A stretch of DNA of 64,000 nt from Candidatus Omnitrophota bacterium. GTDB lineage: Bacteria; Omnitrophota; Gorgyraeia; Zapsychrales; Zapsychraceae. A program made the position numbers and the translations under genes. Position 1 is the first letter of the stretch. The number at the start of each line of letters is the position of its first letter. This document shows, in pieces, positions 36,645 to 46,330 of this stretch. The DNA lies in NCBI GenBank assembly GCA_015233405.1, contig JADFXT010000010.1:41578-105577 (forward strand), read 5' to 3'. The notes below the pieces were generated by a model. That model was given only the letters and a program-made list of their open reading frames with translations. It searched no databases and was not told the origin of the DNA.

Positions 36645-39446
36645 ATGGCAAAGAAACACGTTTTTTCATACGGCGCTGGTAAAGCGGAAGCTAAAGGTGA
36701 AGATTTAACCAAGAATGTCCTCGGAGGCAAAGGTATCGGCCTCATGGAAATGACGAGCATCGGCATCCCTGTTCCGGCGGGATTTACCATTACCATCCAG
36801 ACATGCGAAGAATATTATAAGATCGGCCGCAAACTTCCTTCAGGCCTTGAGAAGGAAGTCCGCGACGCCGTTGTCAAATTGGAAAAGGTCACCGGCAAAA
36901 AGCTTGGTGATCTTAATGATCCGTTATTGGTTTCCGTGCGTTCCGGCGCGGCACGTTCGATGCCCGGCATGCTCGAAACAATTTTAAATTTGGGTCTTAA
37001 TGATAAATCCGTCGAGGGATTGGCGAAAAAAACCGGTAACCAGCGTTTTGCTTATGATGCGTACCGCCGATTTATCCAGATGTATTCGTCGACGGCCATG
37101 GGGCTTTCCAAGCAGCCTATGGAAGAGATGCTTCATAAGATGAAGCACGATCTTGGTGTCAAGACCGATCCTGAGATTCCCGGCGAGAAATTAAAAGAAT
37201 TATGTGAACAGTTCAAAGCGTTTTATAAACAAAATAAGGGCGAGGATTTTCCGCAAGATCCTTACAAACAGCTTTGGGGCGCCATCATGGCGGTCTTTAA
37301 TAGCTGGGAAGCGGAAAAGGCTGTTACGTATCGCCGCGTCGAGAAAATTTCTGATCTTAAAGGGACTGCGGTTAATGTGGTCCAGATGGTTTTTGGTAAC
37401 AAGGGCGAAAATAGCGGGACGGGCGTTTGCTTTACCCGCGACCCCAACACTGGCGAAAATGAATTTTATGGTGATTATCTTATCAATGCCCAAGGGGAAG
37501 ACGTCGTCGCTGGTATCCGTACGCCGCTTAAATTGATCACGCTTCACGAGCAGATGCCGAAACCGTATGAACAGCTTTTGGCAGTCCGCGCGATCCTTGA
37601 ATCGTATTATAAGGAAATGCAGGACCTTGAGTTTACGATTGAAGACGAGAAACTTTATATGCTTCAGTGCCGCACGGGGAAACGTTCGCCGGCGGCAGCA
37701 TTTAAGATCGCTGTTGACCACGCGACCAAGCCTTTGTTGACCAAGGCGCAGGCCAATAATCTCGTCAAGAAAGGCTATCTTCCGAAGAAATTCGCGGAGA
37801 TGGCAGTAAAATCAGTTATTACCAAAGAACAAGCGGTTTGCCGTCTGACATCTGATGATATCGAACGATTATTCTATCCGGTCATCGACGGAACAAAAGT
37901 GTCCCCGCAACAATTGAAAGACGCAAAATTGGCGAGCGGTATCAATGCCGTTCCTGGTGCTGCTGCGGGTAAAATTGTTTTCACAGCGGCGGAAGCGGAA
38001 GAAATGGCTGGTAAAGGCGACAAGGTTATTTTGGTCCGTAAAGAAACTTCTCCCGAGGACGTTGGTGGTATGCACGCGGCCAAAGGGATTTTGACAGCGA
38101 CGGGTGGAAAAACTTCTCACGCAGCGGTCGTGGCCCGTGGTTGGGGTAAGTGCTGTGTCGTCGGTTGCGAAGCCTTGGATATCAATTATGAAGCCAAGCA
38201 GATGACCGTCGGTGGAAAGACCTTGAAGCAAGGGGATTATATCACCTTGGACGGGTCAGCCGGTGAAGTCTTTAACGGCAACTTCCCGTTAAAGGACCCT
38301 GTTCTTCCGGAAGCTTATTATACGCTCTTAAAGTGGGCGGATGAAATCCGTACCATCAATGTCCGTACCAATGCCGACACACCGTACGATTCCAAGAAGG
38401 CCGTCGAGATGGGCGCTGAAGGTATCGGGCTTTGCCGTACAGAACATATGTTTTTCGACACAGAGGAACGTCGTTTAGCTATTCAGGAAATGATCGTCGC
38501 GGAAACTGTTGAAGCTCGGAAAGCGGCTTTGGCCAAACTTCTTCCGATCCAGCGTGAAGATTTTGCTGGTATCTTTAAGGCGATGAACGGTAAACCGGTC
38601 ACGATTCGTTTGATCGATCCGCCGCTTCATGAATTTACACCTAAAGATGACGCTGGCGTTGAGAAATTAAGCAAAGTAACAGGTTTATCGCCGGAAAAGA
38701 TCAAGCACCGCTGCGAGCAACTTCATGAATCGAATCCGATGCTCGGTCATCGCGGATGCCGTTTGTGCATTACTTATCCAGAGATCCTCGATATGCAGGT
38801 GAGGGCCATTATTGAGGCCGCGATCCAGTGCGTCAAGGAAGGCTATAAGGTTTATCCGGAAATTATGCATCCGTTAACCATCGACAAAAAAGAGTTGAAG
38901 ATCCTCGAGGTTCAAACTCGCTTGGTCGCTGATAAGTTGATCAAAGATGCGAAGGTCAAACTTCCGTATATGGTCGGGACCATGATCGAAATTCCGCGCG
39001 CCGCATTGTTAGCGAATGAGTTAGCGGAAGTTGCGGAATTCTTCAGCTTCGGGACCAACGATCTTACTCAGATGACCTTAGGGTTATCGCGTGATGATGC
39101 CGGACGGTTCTTGCCGGTTTATGTCGCGACGGAAAAAGACGGTGGTAAAGGCATTTTTAAGGCTGACCCATTCCAGAGCTTGGATCAAAATGGCGTCGGG
39201 CTTTTAGTGAAATATGGTATCGAACGTGGCCGCTCGACCCGTCCTCATTTAAAGATCGGGATCTGCGGCGAGCACGGCGGGGAAGCGGAAAGCGTCAAGT
39301 TCTGCGTTCGTGCCGGTATGAATTATGTATCATGTTCACCTTATCGCGTTCCGATCGCTCGTTTAGCAGCAGCTCAGGCGGCGGTGGAAGCGAAGAGTAC
39401 AGGTAAGACAAAAACACAAGCTAAAAAGATAAGCAAAAAGAAATAA
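36645..39446 (+). CDS. ppdK: Pyruvate, phosphate dikinase
   Basis: Full-length 933 aa. N-terminal ATP-grasp LGGKGIGLMEM. Phospho-His domain GGKTSHAAVVARGWGKCCV. C-terminal PEP-utilising TIM barrel (GLCRTEHMF, FFSFGTNDLTQ). Confidence 0.95.
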   Translation: MAKKHVFSYGAGKAEAKGEDLTKNVLGGKGIGLMEMTSIGIPVPAGFTITIQTCEEYYKIGRKLPSGLEKEVRDAVVKLEKVTGKKLGDLNDPLLVSVRSGAARSMPGMLETILNLGLNDKSVEGLAKKTGNQRFAYDAYRRFIQMYSSTAMGLSKQPMEEMLHKMKHDLGVKTDPEIPGEKLKELCEQFKAFYKQNKGEDFPQDPYKQLWGAIMAVFNSWEAEKAVTYRRVEKISDLKGTAVNVVQMVFGNKGENSGTGVCFTRDPNTGENEFYGDYLINAQGEDVVAGIRTPLKLITLHEQMPKPYEQLLAVRAILESYYKEMQDLEFTIEDEKLYMLQCRTGKRSPAAAFKIAVDHATKPLLTKAQANNLVKKGYLPKKFAEMAVKSVITKEQAVCRLTSDDIERLFYPVIDGTKVSPQQLKDAKLASGINAVPGAAAGKIVFTAAEAEEMAGKGDKVILVRKETSPEDVGGMHAAKGILTATGGKTSHAAVVARGWGKCCVVGCEALDINYEAKQMTVGGKTLKQGDYITLDGSAGEVFNGNFPLKDPVLPEAYYTLLKWADEIRTINVRTNADTPYDSKKAVEMGAEGIGLCRTEHMFFDTEERRLAIQEMIVAETVEARKAALAKLLPIQREDFAGIFKAMNGKPVTIRLIDPPLHEFTPKDDAGVEKLSKVTGLSPEKIKHRCEQLHESNPMLGHRGCRLCITYPEILDMQVRAIIEAAIQCVKEGYKVYPEIMHPLTIDKKELKILEVQTRLVADKLIKDAKVKLPYMVGTMIEIPRAALLANELAEVAEFFSFGTNDLTQMTLGLSRDDAGRFLPVYVATEKDGGKGIFKADPFQSLDQNGVGLLVKYGIERGRSTRPHLKIGICGEHGGEAESVKFCVRAGMNYVSCSPYRVPIARLAAAQAAVEAKSTGKTKTQAKKISKKK

Positions 39447-39455
39447 TTAGTTTTT

Positions 39456-39570
39456 CCTCCCCCTTGATGGGGGAGGCGTTCCGCCGCAGGCGGGACTGGT
39501 GGGGGTGAGGGGACAACAAGTTCTAAAATAATTGTCCCCCCTCCCTTAACCCTCCCCACAAGGGGGAGGG
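39456..39570. repeat. GC-rich multi-hairpin element (four consecutive stem-loops)
   Basis: cctccccc-ttgat-gggggagg. gttccgcc-gcag-ggcgggac. ggggacaa...ttgtcccc. ccctcccc-acaa-ggggaggg. Strongly GC-skewed against the AT-richer background. Two minus-strand track ORFs are its translations. Confidence 0.75.
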
Positions 39571-39586
39571 GAAGGATCTCAAATCT

Positions 39587-40414
39587 ATGGAATCCATAAA
39601 AGCGTATCTTAAAGATGTCAGGCCCATTGCTCTCCTAAAACCGCACGAGGAAATTGATTTGGCTAAACGTGTGCAAAAAGGGGACCAGGTCGCTCGGGAG
39701 AAAATGATCCGGGCGAATTTGCGCCTTGTTATCAGCATCGCGAAGCGTTACACGAACTTAGGGATTCCTTTAAGTGATTTAATTGAAGAAGGCAACATCG
39801 GCCTCATGCGTGCCGTCGAGAAATTCGATCCTAAGAGAGGTTTTCGTTTTTCGACCTATGCGGCATGGTGGATCAAGCAGGGAATTTCCCGCGCCATTAT
39901 TGACCAGGGAAAAATGATCCGCGTCCCCGTTTATATGAATGAAGAAATTATCAAATATAAGAAAGCTGTTGAGCATTTGACGCATAAGCTTAACCATAAA
40001 CCGCGCGTGAGTGAAATTGCCAAGAAGCTGAGAATGCCTGTGGACAAGGTGCGGGATATGGAGAATGTCATCGCGAAGATGTCGAGCTTGGATGCTCCTT
40101 TAGGGGAAGAGGGCGAAGGACAAATGAAAGATATGATCCCGGATGATTCCATTGCCACTCCCGATGAACATCTCGAAGAGATTTTTAATAAAGAGCGAGC
40201 CATGAGTTTTCTAGACCTTTTGGATGAGCGTGAACGGAAAATAATTGATCTGCGTTATGGTTTGACCGACGGAGAACGGCGCACATTGGCCCAAGTCGCG
40301 AAAATCCTGGGCGTTTCCCGCGAGCGTATTCGTCAGATTGAGGCCGTGACCATTCAGAAGATCAGGGATGTTATGCAGCGCCGAGAAGAATACCAAGAAG
40401 AAAGCGAGGAATGA
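39587..40414 (+). CDS. RNA polymerase sigma-70 family factor (RpoD/RpoS-like, regions 1.2-4)
   Basis: [65 protein letters not shown] (region 2), and the region 4 stretch [19 protein letters not shown]. Confidence 0.9.
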   Translation: MESIKAYLKDVRPIALLKPHEEIDLAKRVQKGDQVAREKMIRANLRLVISIAKRYTNLGIPLSDLIEEGNIGLMRAVEKFDPKRGFRFSTYAAWWIKQGISRAIIDQGKMIRVPVYMNEEIIKYKKAVEHLTHKLNHKPRVSEIAKKLRMPVDKVRDMENVIAKMSSLDAPLGEEGEGQMKDMIPDDSIATPDEHLEEIFNKERAMSFLDLLDERERKIIDLRYGLTDGERRTLAQVAKILGVSRERIRQIEAVTIQKIRDVMQRREEYQEESEE

Positions 40415-40418
40415 TAGC

Positions 40419-40952
40419 ATGGTTGTGAAACTTAAAAAAAATGATTTAAAACAATACATTCGTGATATCCCGGATTTTCCTAAAAAAGGGATTATTTTTA
40501 AAGACATCACCACTTTGCTTAAAGACAAAGAAGCTTTTAAAAAGTCCGTGAATCTTCTGGCAAAACAATACAAGAAAGAAAATATTGATTTTGTCGTCGG
40601 TGTTGAAGCCCGCGGATTTATTTTTGGCGCATCATTGGCTTATAAATTAGGCGCCGGGTTTATCCCTGTGCGCAAAAAAGGCAAGCTTCCTTATAAAACG
40701 AAATCCGTGACGTATTCTCTCGAATATGGGACGGACACCTTGGAAATTCATGAGGATGCCATTCCGGAAAACGCCCGAGTCTTGATCGTCGATGATTTGC
40801 TTGCGACCGGCGGAACCATTAAAGCTGTCTCCGACCTTATTAAAGAACAAAAGGCAAAAATTATCGGCATTGCTTTTGTTGTTGAACTTCGGTTCCTAAA
40901 AGGCAAAGAGAAGCTCAAAGATTTTGATGTGTATTCCATAATCAAATATTAA
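40419..40952 (+). CDS. apt: Adenine phosphoribosyltransferase
   Basis: [21 protein letters not shown] plus the PRPP-binding loop [13 protein letters not shown]. Start moved to ATG 40419 (GAGGA 8 nt upstream), which removes the overlap with the sigma gene. Confidence 0.9.
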   Translation: MVVKLKKNDLKQYIRDIPDFPKKGIIFKDITTLLKDKEAFKKSVNLLAKQYKKENIDFVVGVEARGFIFGASLAYKLGAGFIPVRKKGKLPYKTKSVTYSLEYGTDTLEIHEDAIPENARVLIVDDLLATGGTIKAVSDLIKEQKAKIIGIAFVVELRFLKGKEKLKDFDVYSIIKY

Positions 40953-40975
40953 TATTTTTCTTATCCATTCCTTCG

Positions 40976-41542
40976 ATGCCAATAAATAGAAAAATTCTTC
41001 CTGTTCTTTTAATTCTTCTATGTTTCTTTATAATATTTATATTAATTAATAAAAAGGCTTCTCCACAAAAGAAAGCCCAGGATAATTTAGGCGGGCTGAT
41101 CTATTATTTTACAAAAGGAATAGAAGCCGCCAAACAAGGAAATTATCCAGAAGCCAAGAAGTTTTATCTTTTGGCGCTAGAAAAGAGCCCCAAAGATGCC
41201 AAGGTCTATTTTAGCTTAGGATATGCTCAGGAGATGCTCGGTGAGCTTGTCCATGCCCAAGAATCTTATCAGAAGGCGATTGAAAATGATGGAAATAACG
41301 CTGAGCTCTATTATAATCTGGGGAATGTTGATGTGAAGCTTTTAGATCAGGAAGCTGCCTTAAAGGCGTATTTAAAGGCGGTTGAGCTTAATCCTAAACA
41401 TGTGGATGCGTGGGTAAATTTGTCCATCATATCTTTTCGATTAGGCCATTTTGCGGATGCGGTCAAATATTGCGATGAAGCTATTCTTTTAGGGTATGAC
41501 GCGCCACTGGAGTATTTAAATACTTTGAAGCAGTATAGATAG
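40976..41542 (+). CDS. Membrane-anchored TPR-repeat protein
   Basis: N-terminal TM helix ILPVLLILLCFFIIFILI, followed by 3-4 TPR units (e.g. AKVYFSLGYAQEMLGELVHAQESYQKAIENDGNN). Confidence 0.8.
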   Translation: MPINRKILPVLLILLCFFIIFILINKKASPQKKAQDNLGGLIYYFTKGIEAAKQGNYPEAKKFYLLALEKSPKDAKVYFSLGYAQEMLGELVHAQESYQKAIENDGNNAELYYNLGNVDVKLLDQEAALKAYLKAVELNPKHVDAWVNLSIISFRLGHFADAVKYCDEAILLGYDAPLEYLNTLKQYR

Positions 41543-41648
41543 CAAAAACTTTATAATATTAATGCCCCTGTTCTGATTTTTTTGAGAAAGACGGTATTGA
41601 AATCAGAACTAGGGGCATATGTTTCTCGAAAAGACTCAATGGAATTAT

Positions 41649-41722
41649 GCCCCTGTAGCTCAGATGGATAGAGCGCGGCTCTCCTAAGGCCGGCGTGGGC
41701 CGTTCGACTCGGCCCAGGGGCA
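41649..41722 (+). tRNA. tRNA-Arg (anticodon CCT)
   Basis: Manual cloverleaf. Acceptor GCCCCTG/CAGGGGC. D arm GCTC..GAGC. Anticodon stem CGGCT/GGCCG with loop CTCCTAA (CCT). T arm GGCCG-TTCGACT-CGGCC. Discriminator A. CCA is not encoded. Confidence 0.9.
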
Positions 41723-41745
41723 TTTTTTGCCCAGAGGGCAAAAAA
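41723..41745 (+). terminator. Perfect palindromic hairpin directly after the tRNA (ttttttgccc-aga-gggcaaaaaa)
   Basis: 10-bp stem with a 3-nt loop and A/T runs on both sides, giving the shape of a bidirectional intrinsic terminator. Confidence 0.5.
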
Positions 41746-41831
41746 TAGAGCAATCGAGAATTGAGATTCGAAAATAGACAAGCAAAGTCTCGATTGCGGT
41801 CAAATCTCGATTTTCAATTCTCAGTGGTTAT

Positions 41832-42176
41832 ATGCCTTTTCTATTCGAAAATCTGGATGTTTATAAAAAGGCTGTTGATTTCGCGGACAAGACCAGCCGT
41901 TTAACGGAAGCTTTCCCCAAAGGAAATTATTATTTAACCGACCAGCTAAATAGGGCGGCGTTATCTATATCAGCAAATATCGCCGAAGGAAATGGAAGAT
42001 ATCATAAGCTGGACAGGGTGAATTTTTTTAGAATTGCCCGTGGGTCAGCCTTTGAATGCGTCCCTATTTTAGAGCTTTGCCGGAGGAAAGGTCTTGTAAA
42101 GCCAGAAGAGCAGATCTCTCTTAAGAAAGATCTTGAAGATATTTCTAAAATGTTGTCGGGGCTTATAAAGTATTAA
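41832..42176 (+). CDS. Four-helix-bundle protein (23S rRNA intervening-sequence protein family)
   Basis: FENLDVYKKAVDFADKTSRLTEAFPK...LTDQLNRAALSISANIAEGNGRYH...FFRIARGSAFEC is the characteristic signature of this family. Confidence 0.88.
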   Translation: MPFLFENLDVYKKAVDFADKTSRLTEAFPKGNYYLTDQLNRAALSISANIAEGNGRYHKLDRVNFFRIARGSAFECVPILELCRRKGLVKPEEQISLKKDLEDISKMLSGLIKY

Positions 42177-42245
42177 TAGCAAATAAAAAGCACTTCCGTC
42201 TTATTTTTTCTGCGTTCCTGCCTAGTAAAATTTTTTTAAAAAATA

Positions 42246-42274
42246 TTGACAGTGTTTTATTCCTATGTGACAAT
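42246..42274 (+). promoter_or_regulatory. Sigma-70-like promoter candidate for the porin gene (TTGACA-17 bp-GACAAT with an extended -10 TG)
   Basis: TTGACA at 42246-42251, TGT at 42266-42268, GACAAT at 42269-42274. This implies a leader of about 230 nt. Confidence 0.4.
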
Positions 42275-42510
42275 ATACCCACTGTGGAATTTCACGGCTT
42301 AAAAGCTGTGAGATTTCTCTTTTACCCAGAGATGATTCTAAACCGGACCGAGAAAGGGGGGATGCAAAGGTAGACGTGTCGGGATCATCGAGTAGCTGGA
42401 AATTCCTAAAGATAGATTTCTAAGTTCTTCAAAGGGGGAGAAACTTAGTTTAATATAAGTAACAAAATAAACTTTAAGTCAGAATCGCTAATTTTTTGGA
42501 GGAATAAATC

Positions 42511-43872
42511 ATGATGAAAAAAATTCTTTTAGCAGTGCTTCTCGTGGCCTTAGTTGCCATGCCGGCATTCGCTAGTGTTCAAAACGTCAAAGTTGGTGGA
42601 AGCATCGATTCTATGTTTTTACATAGAGCCAATCTTGATTTTGGTAAAGCAATCAGCGCTGCTCCTGGTTATGGTACAGAAAGACAGAACCTTTTCATTA
42701 CCCAAACTCAGGTCAATGTTGCTGCTGATTTAACAGACAATGTTTCTACTGTCGTTGATCTTATCAACGAAAGAGTATGGAACGATAATAAGGGTTCAGA
42801 CAGCAATAATATCGATCTCAACCTTGCTTATGTTACCTTAAAAGAAATGCTTTATTCGCCTTTAACAGTTGTTGTTGGTCGTCAGGCATTTTCTTATGGT
42901 AACAGCTTTGTTATTGATACAAAAGCTGGCAGCGTTGCTGATTCAGGTATAGCTGGTGCCGCATCTGATCTTAGCAAACAAAGCGGATTAGATGCTGTTC
43001 GAGCGATTTTGGATTACAATCCTTTAAAACTCGAAATGTTCTACGGAAAAATCACCAAAACAAATTCAACCTTGATCACAGATCCTACAAATGGCGCTGA
43101 TAAAGATATTATGGGCGTCAACGCAACCTATGATCTTGGTGATTCTAGAAAGACACAAGTCGAAGGTTATTTCTTTGCCAAGACTGATAAAACCAACGAA
43201 AATACCTATAAAAAGAACGGGAAAGTTTATGTTCCTGGTGTTCGCGTGAGCACAAATCCTATTGAGAAATTGAACGTATCTTTAGAATATGCTCACCAAA
43301 TGGGTACTCCTGGTTCAACTGGTACAACAGCTCAGTCCATCAATGCTAATGGTATTCAAGCCATTGCTGCTTATCAGTTGCCAGTTCTTACAAAGTATAA
43401 ACCGGTTCTATCCTATGATTTCACTTATATGTCTGGTGACAAAAATACAACTGACAGACAATATACGACATGGGATCCGATGTTGAACCGTCAGAATATT
43501 GGGAAAATTTACAAAGCATTATTCCCTGTAAACAACAACGTTACTCAAACATTGGCTTTGCAAGCTAACCCTGTCGAAGATATTACTGCAAAGTTATCTT
43601 GGACAAATATTATGTTAGATAAGAAGCTGAATTCAGATACAGTTTCTGGCCTATCTCTTAATCAACCAGATGGCGCAGGAACAGTTACTAACGTTGGTCA
43701 AGTTGGAAAGAAAGGTCTTGGTAATGAAATTGATGCTAGCTTAGTTTATAATTACACAGAAGATGTTAGCATCGGCGCTAATTTAGGATGGCTTATGCCA
43801 GGCGCTGCTATTACAAAGCCTTATAAGACAACAGCTTCACAAGCAATTGTTAATCTTAATGTAAACTTCTAA
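42511..43872 (+). CDS. Outer-membrane beta-barrel porin-like protein
   Basis: Signal peptide MMKKILLAVLLVALVAMPAFA|SVQ. Gly/Asn/Thr/Tyr-rich amphipathic pattern. C-terminal ...VNLNVNF ends in Phe. A strong terminator follows. Confidence 0.65.
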   Translation: MMKKILLAVLLVALVAMPAFASVQNVKVGGSIDSMFLHRANLDFGKAISAAPGYGTERQNLFITQTQVNVAADLTDNVSTVVDLINERVWNDNKGSDSNNIDLNLAYVTLKEMLYSPLTVVVGRQAFSYGNSFVIDTKAGSVADSGIAGAASDLSKQSGLDAVRAILDYNPLKLEMFYGKITKTNSTLITDPTNGADKDIMGVNATYDLGDSRKTQVEGYFFAKTDKTNENTYKKNGKVYVPGVRVSTNPIEKLNVSLEYAHQMGTPGSTGTTAQSINANGIQAIAAYQLPVLTKYKPVLSYDFTYMSGDKNTTDRQYTTWDPMLNRQNIGKIYKALFPVNNNVTQTLALQANPVEDITAKLSWTNIMLDKKLNSDTVSGLSLNQPDGAGTVTNVGQVGKKGLGNEIDASLVYNYTEDVSIGANLGWLMPGAAITKPYKTTASQAIVNLNVNF

Positions 43873-43904
43873 GACCCTTCTTAGAACAAGCATTAACCAA
43901 AAAA

Positions 43905-43934
43905 CCCCTTGCCGTAAAAAGCAAGGGGTTTTTT
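43905..43934 (+). terminator. Rho-independent terminator
   Basis: ccccttgc-cgtaaaaa-gcaagggg followed by tttttt. Confidence 0.85.
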
Positions 43935-43999
43935 ATTGGTTGGTAAACCTTTGAACGCCCTCTGGATGGATGAGAAAAAATATTTTTCTATTACGTCCT

Positions 44000-44075
44000 G
44001 TCATCCCCGCAATCTTTAAGCGGGGATCCATGATGGGGAAAAATGTTCTGGATTCCCGTTTTCACGGGAATGACA
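44000..44075. repeat. Double-hairpin palindromic element, copy D
   Basis: gtcatccccgcaatctttaagcggggatcca ... ctggattcccgttttcacgggaatgaca. Same orientation as copies A and C. Confidence 0.85.
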
Positions 44076-44260
44076 AAAAAATAAATACACTGCCGTCGAG
44101 ATACTTCCAAAAAAATATTAAAAAAAATTAAAATAATATTTTTAATTCATTTTTTCTTTGTTATTATAAAAATATCCTCTCCAAAGAACCCGAACCTTTT
44201 TATTTAAGGTTTGGGTAGTCGTATTTTTATTAACCCTTTCACAAATCAGAAAATTTACCT

Positions 44261-44851
44261 ATGAGTAGAGAAGATATCTATGATCATCTGGCTCAAGTCT
44301 ATTTGGGCAAACGGAAAAAGACTGAAGAAAAAAAGAAAAAACAATTTAGCGCGTGGTTTGTCATTAATATTTTTACGGCCGTGATTATCTTTGCGAGTGT
44401 CTTTTATGGATTAACAGCTTTTCTGACCCGCAATGGTTTGACCTTAAAGAAAAACATCATCTTCACTGTTTATAGCGGGCCGCTCAAGATTGATTATAAT
44501 TTTAAACAGTCGTTTACTCCGTCGAAAACTTTTTCTTTATCCATTCCTCCGACGCTTAATCCGGGGAAATATGCGAGCTTTCAGTTTTCGATCCGCGGCA
44601 AAGATGTTTCACCGGGGATCGTCAAGGTCGTCTTTAAGAACAAAAGAAATGAGATCGCCTCTTACTATGTTCAGCAGATTGGACAGAAGTGGCAGAAGGT
44701 CAATATTCCTTTAGGAAAGTTTTATCAAATTACGGATTGGTCCACCATTGTCGATGTTTCTTTTGTTTTGGAATCATGGAATGTCGACAGTAAAGAAGGC
44801 GCAGTTCTCATCGACGAAATTTGTTTCGCGGGAATAAAGAACCCGGCTTAA
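44261..44851 (+). CDS. Membrane-anchored hypothetical protein with beta-sandwich (CBM/CIA30-like?) ectodomain
   Basis: Lys-rich N-terminus, one TM helix (WFVINIFTAVIIFASVFYGLTAFL), then a beta-rich domain ending ...AVLIDEICFAG. The family assignment is tentative. Confidence 0.4.
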   Translation: MSREDIYDHLAQVYLGKRKKTEEKKKKQFSAWFVINIFTAVIIFASVFYGLTAFLTRNGLTLKKNIIFTVYSGPLKIDYNFKQSFTPSKTFSLSIPPTLNPGKYASFQFSIRGKDVSPGIVKVVFKNKRNEIASYYVQQIGQKWQKVNIPLGKFYQITDWSTIVDVSFVLESWNVDSKEGAVLIDEICFAGIKNPA

Positions 44852-44889
44852 AGCATATATTAATTCATCTACGAGGGGGGCACAGACTG

Positions 44890-46014
44890 ATGAAAGTGAT
44901 TTCTATTGCGAATCAAAAAGGGGGTTGCGGGAAAACGACAACGGCCATTAATTTAGCCTCGTCGTTAAGTTCGATCGGAAAGACAGTGCTTTTAATTGAT
45001 CTAGACCCGCAGGCACACGCCTCTTTAGGGTTAAATATCGAGAGCCAAGACAGCATTTACAATGTCATTTCGAAGTTAACTCCCAAGAAACTTAAGATGG
45101 ACGATATTATCAAAAGAGCAGAAGACCGTTTTGATATTATTCCTTCCAACATCCTTGTTGGAACATTGGAACAGGAACTTTCCGATGAGATCGGCCGAGA
45201 GCTTAAGTTGTTGTCTATTATTGAGCCTTTAAAGGAACGGTATGATTACATCCTGATTGATTGCCCGCCGAGTTTAGGGATCTTGACCGTCAACGCCATT
45301 CGTACCAGCGATGAAATTATTTTGCCGGTCGAGACAAGCCGTTTTTCTATGCAAGGCGTTGATCATTTATTGGATATTGTGACGTTGATTAAGGAACGAT
45401 TGAACCACCATGTCCATTGCCGAATTCTTGTCACCATGTTTGATTCCCGTTTAAGGCATTCGTTCACGATGCTGGCTGTTTTTAAAGAACGGTTTGAAAA
45501 GATGCTGTTTGATACGATCGTCCATGTGAATGTGAAACTTAAAGAAGCTGCCGTTATGGGACGCACGGTGGCTTATTACGATAAATATTGCCGTGGCACA
45601 AAAGATTATTATTCTCTGGCCAAAGAAATCCTTTGTGTTGAGAAACAAAATGAAAAATCTTTTAAAGGTGGAGAACAGATTTCAAAAGTCCTATCCAGCA
45701 AGATGAAAAAGATCATGACGCAAGAGATCAAAGAGTTCTTTCCGACGACATTTGTCCTCGAAGCCCCGGGAGCTCAATCGGTTTATATTACGGGGAGCTT
45801 TAATGATTGGTCGTTGGATGATGCTTGCCGCTTAAAGGAAGTCGATGGCGTCTGGTCTACGGAAATTCCTTTAAAGCCGGGGGTCCATAAATATCAATTT
45901 ATCGTCGATGGTGTTTGGCGAGAAGACCCTCAAAATCCGCGCCGGGAGAAAAATTCTTTCGGAGATGTGAACTCTATTATTGAAGTGGCTGCCGGTGAGC
46001 TCAATGCTGTCTAA
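44890..46014 (+). CDS. ParA/MinD-family ATPase fused to a C-terminal AMPK-beta-type glycogen-binding domain (CBM48)
   Basis: Start moved to ATG 44890 (GAGGGGGG upstream). Deviant Walker A NQKGGCGKTTTAINLA. The C-terminal stretch VYITGSFNDWS...GVHKYQFIVDGVWREDPQNP...GDVNSIIEV parallels the AMPK-beta GBD motifs SGSFNNW / HQYKFFVDGQWTHDP / GTVNNIIQV. Confidence 0.85.
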   Translation: MKVISIANQKGGCGKTTTAINLASSLSSIGKTVLLIDLDPQAHASLGLNIESQDSIYNVISKLTPKKLKMDDIIKRAEDRFDIIPSNILVGTLEQELSDEIGRELKLLSIIEPLKERYDYILIDCPPSLGILTVNAIRTSDEIILPVETSRFSMQGVDHLLDIVTLIKERLNHHVHCRILVTMFDSRLRHSFTMLAVFKERFEKMLFDTIVHVNVKLKEAAVMGRTVAYYDKYCRGTKDYYSLAKEILCVEKQNEKSFKGGEQISKVLSSKMKKIMTQEIKEFFPTTFVLEAPGAQSVYITGSFNDWSLDDACRLKEVDGVWSTEIPLKPGVHKYQFIVDGVWREDPQNPRREKNSFGDVNSIIEVAAGELNAV

Positions 46015-46321
46015 CGAAGAGAATCAAATCATCGAAGGCAAGATGTTTGCATTATTATCTTACCTGTCTATTTTCTGCATTATCCCGCTGGTCTTAAAGA
46101 AGGAAAATCCTTTTGTGCTGGCCCATGGCAAGCAGGGGCTTGTGATCTTTGTTGCCCAGGTCGGTATTTTTGTAATTCATATCGTTCTTGGGTCTTTATT
46201 CTTACGTCTGGGATTTTTTGTTTTCGGCATATTATCCCTGATGGGAATTATTCATGTCTTACGAGGAAGGTATATTAAAATTCCGGTTATTTATGAAATC
46301 GCCCAGAAAATTATTTTGTAA
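46004..46321 (+). CDS. Small multi-pass membrane protein (DUF4870-like)
   Basis: LSYLSIFCIIPLVLKKENPFVLAHGKQGLVIFV resembles DUF4870 proteins. The start is uncertain (ATG 46004 or 46043). It overlaps the ParA stop by a few nt if 46004 is used. Confidence 0.55.
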   Translation: MLSNEENQIIEGKMFALLSYLSIFCIIPLVLKKENPFVLAHGKQGLVIFVAQVGIFVIHIVLGSLFLRLGFFVFGILSLMGIIHVLRGRYIKIPVIYEIAQKIIL

Positions 46322-46330
46322 GAGAATAAA

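Noticed and set aside
39374-39738. Two minus-strand track ORFs (61 aa and 71 aa) between ppdK and the sigma gene.
   Set aside because: They are Pro/Gly-rich translations of the GC-rich hairpin array and the antisense of the flanking genes. No start context supports them.
41551-41781. Two minus-strand track ORFs (76 aa and 64 aa).
   Set aside because: They run antisense across the tRNA-Arg gene and its flanking hairpins, so they are artefacts.
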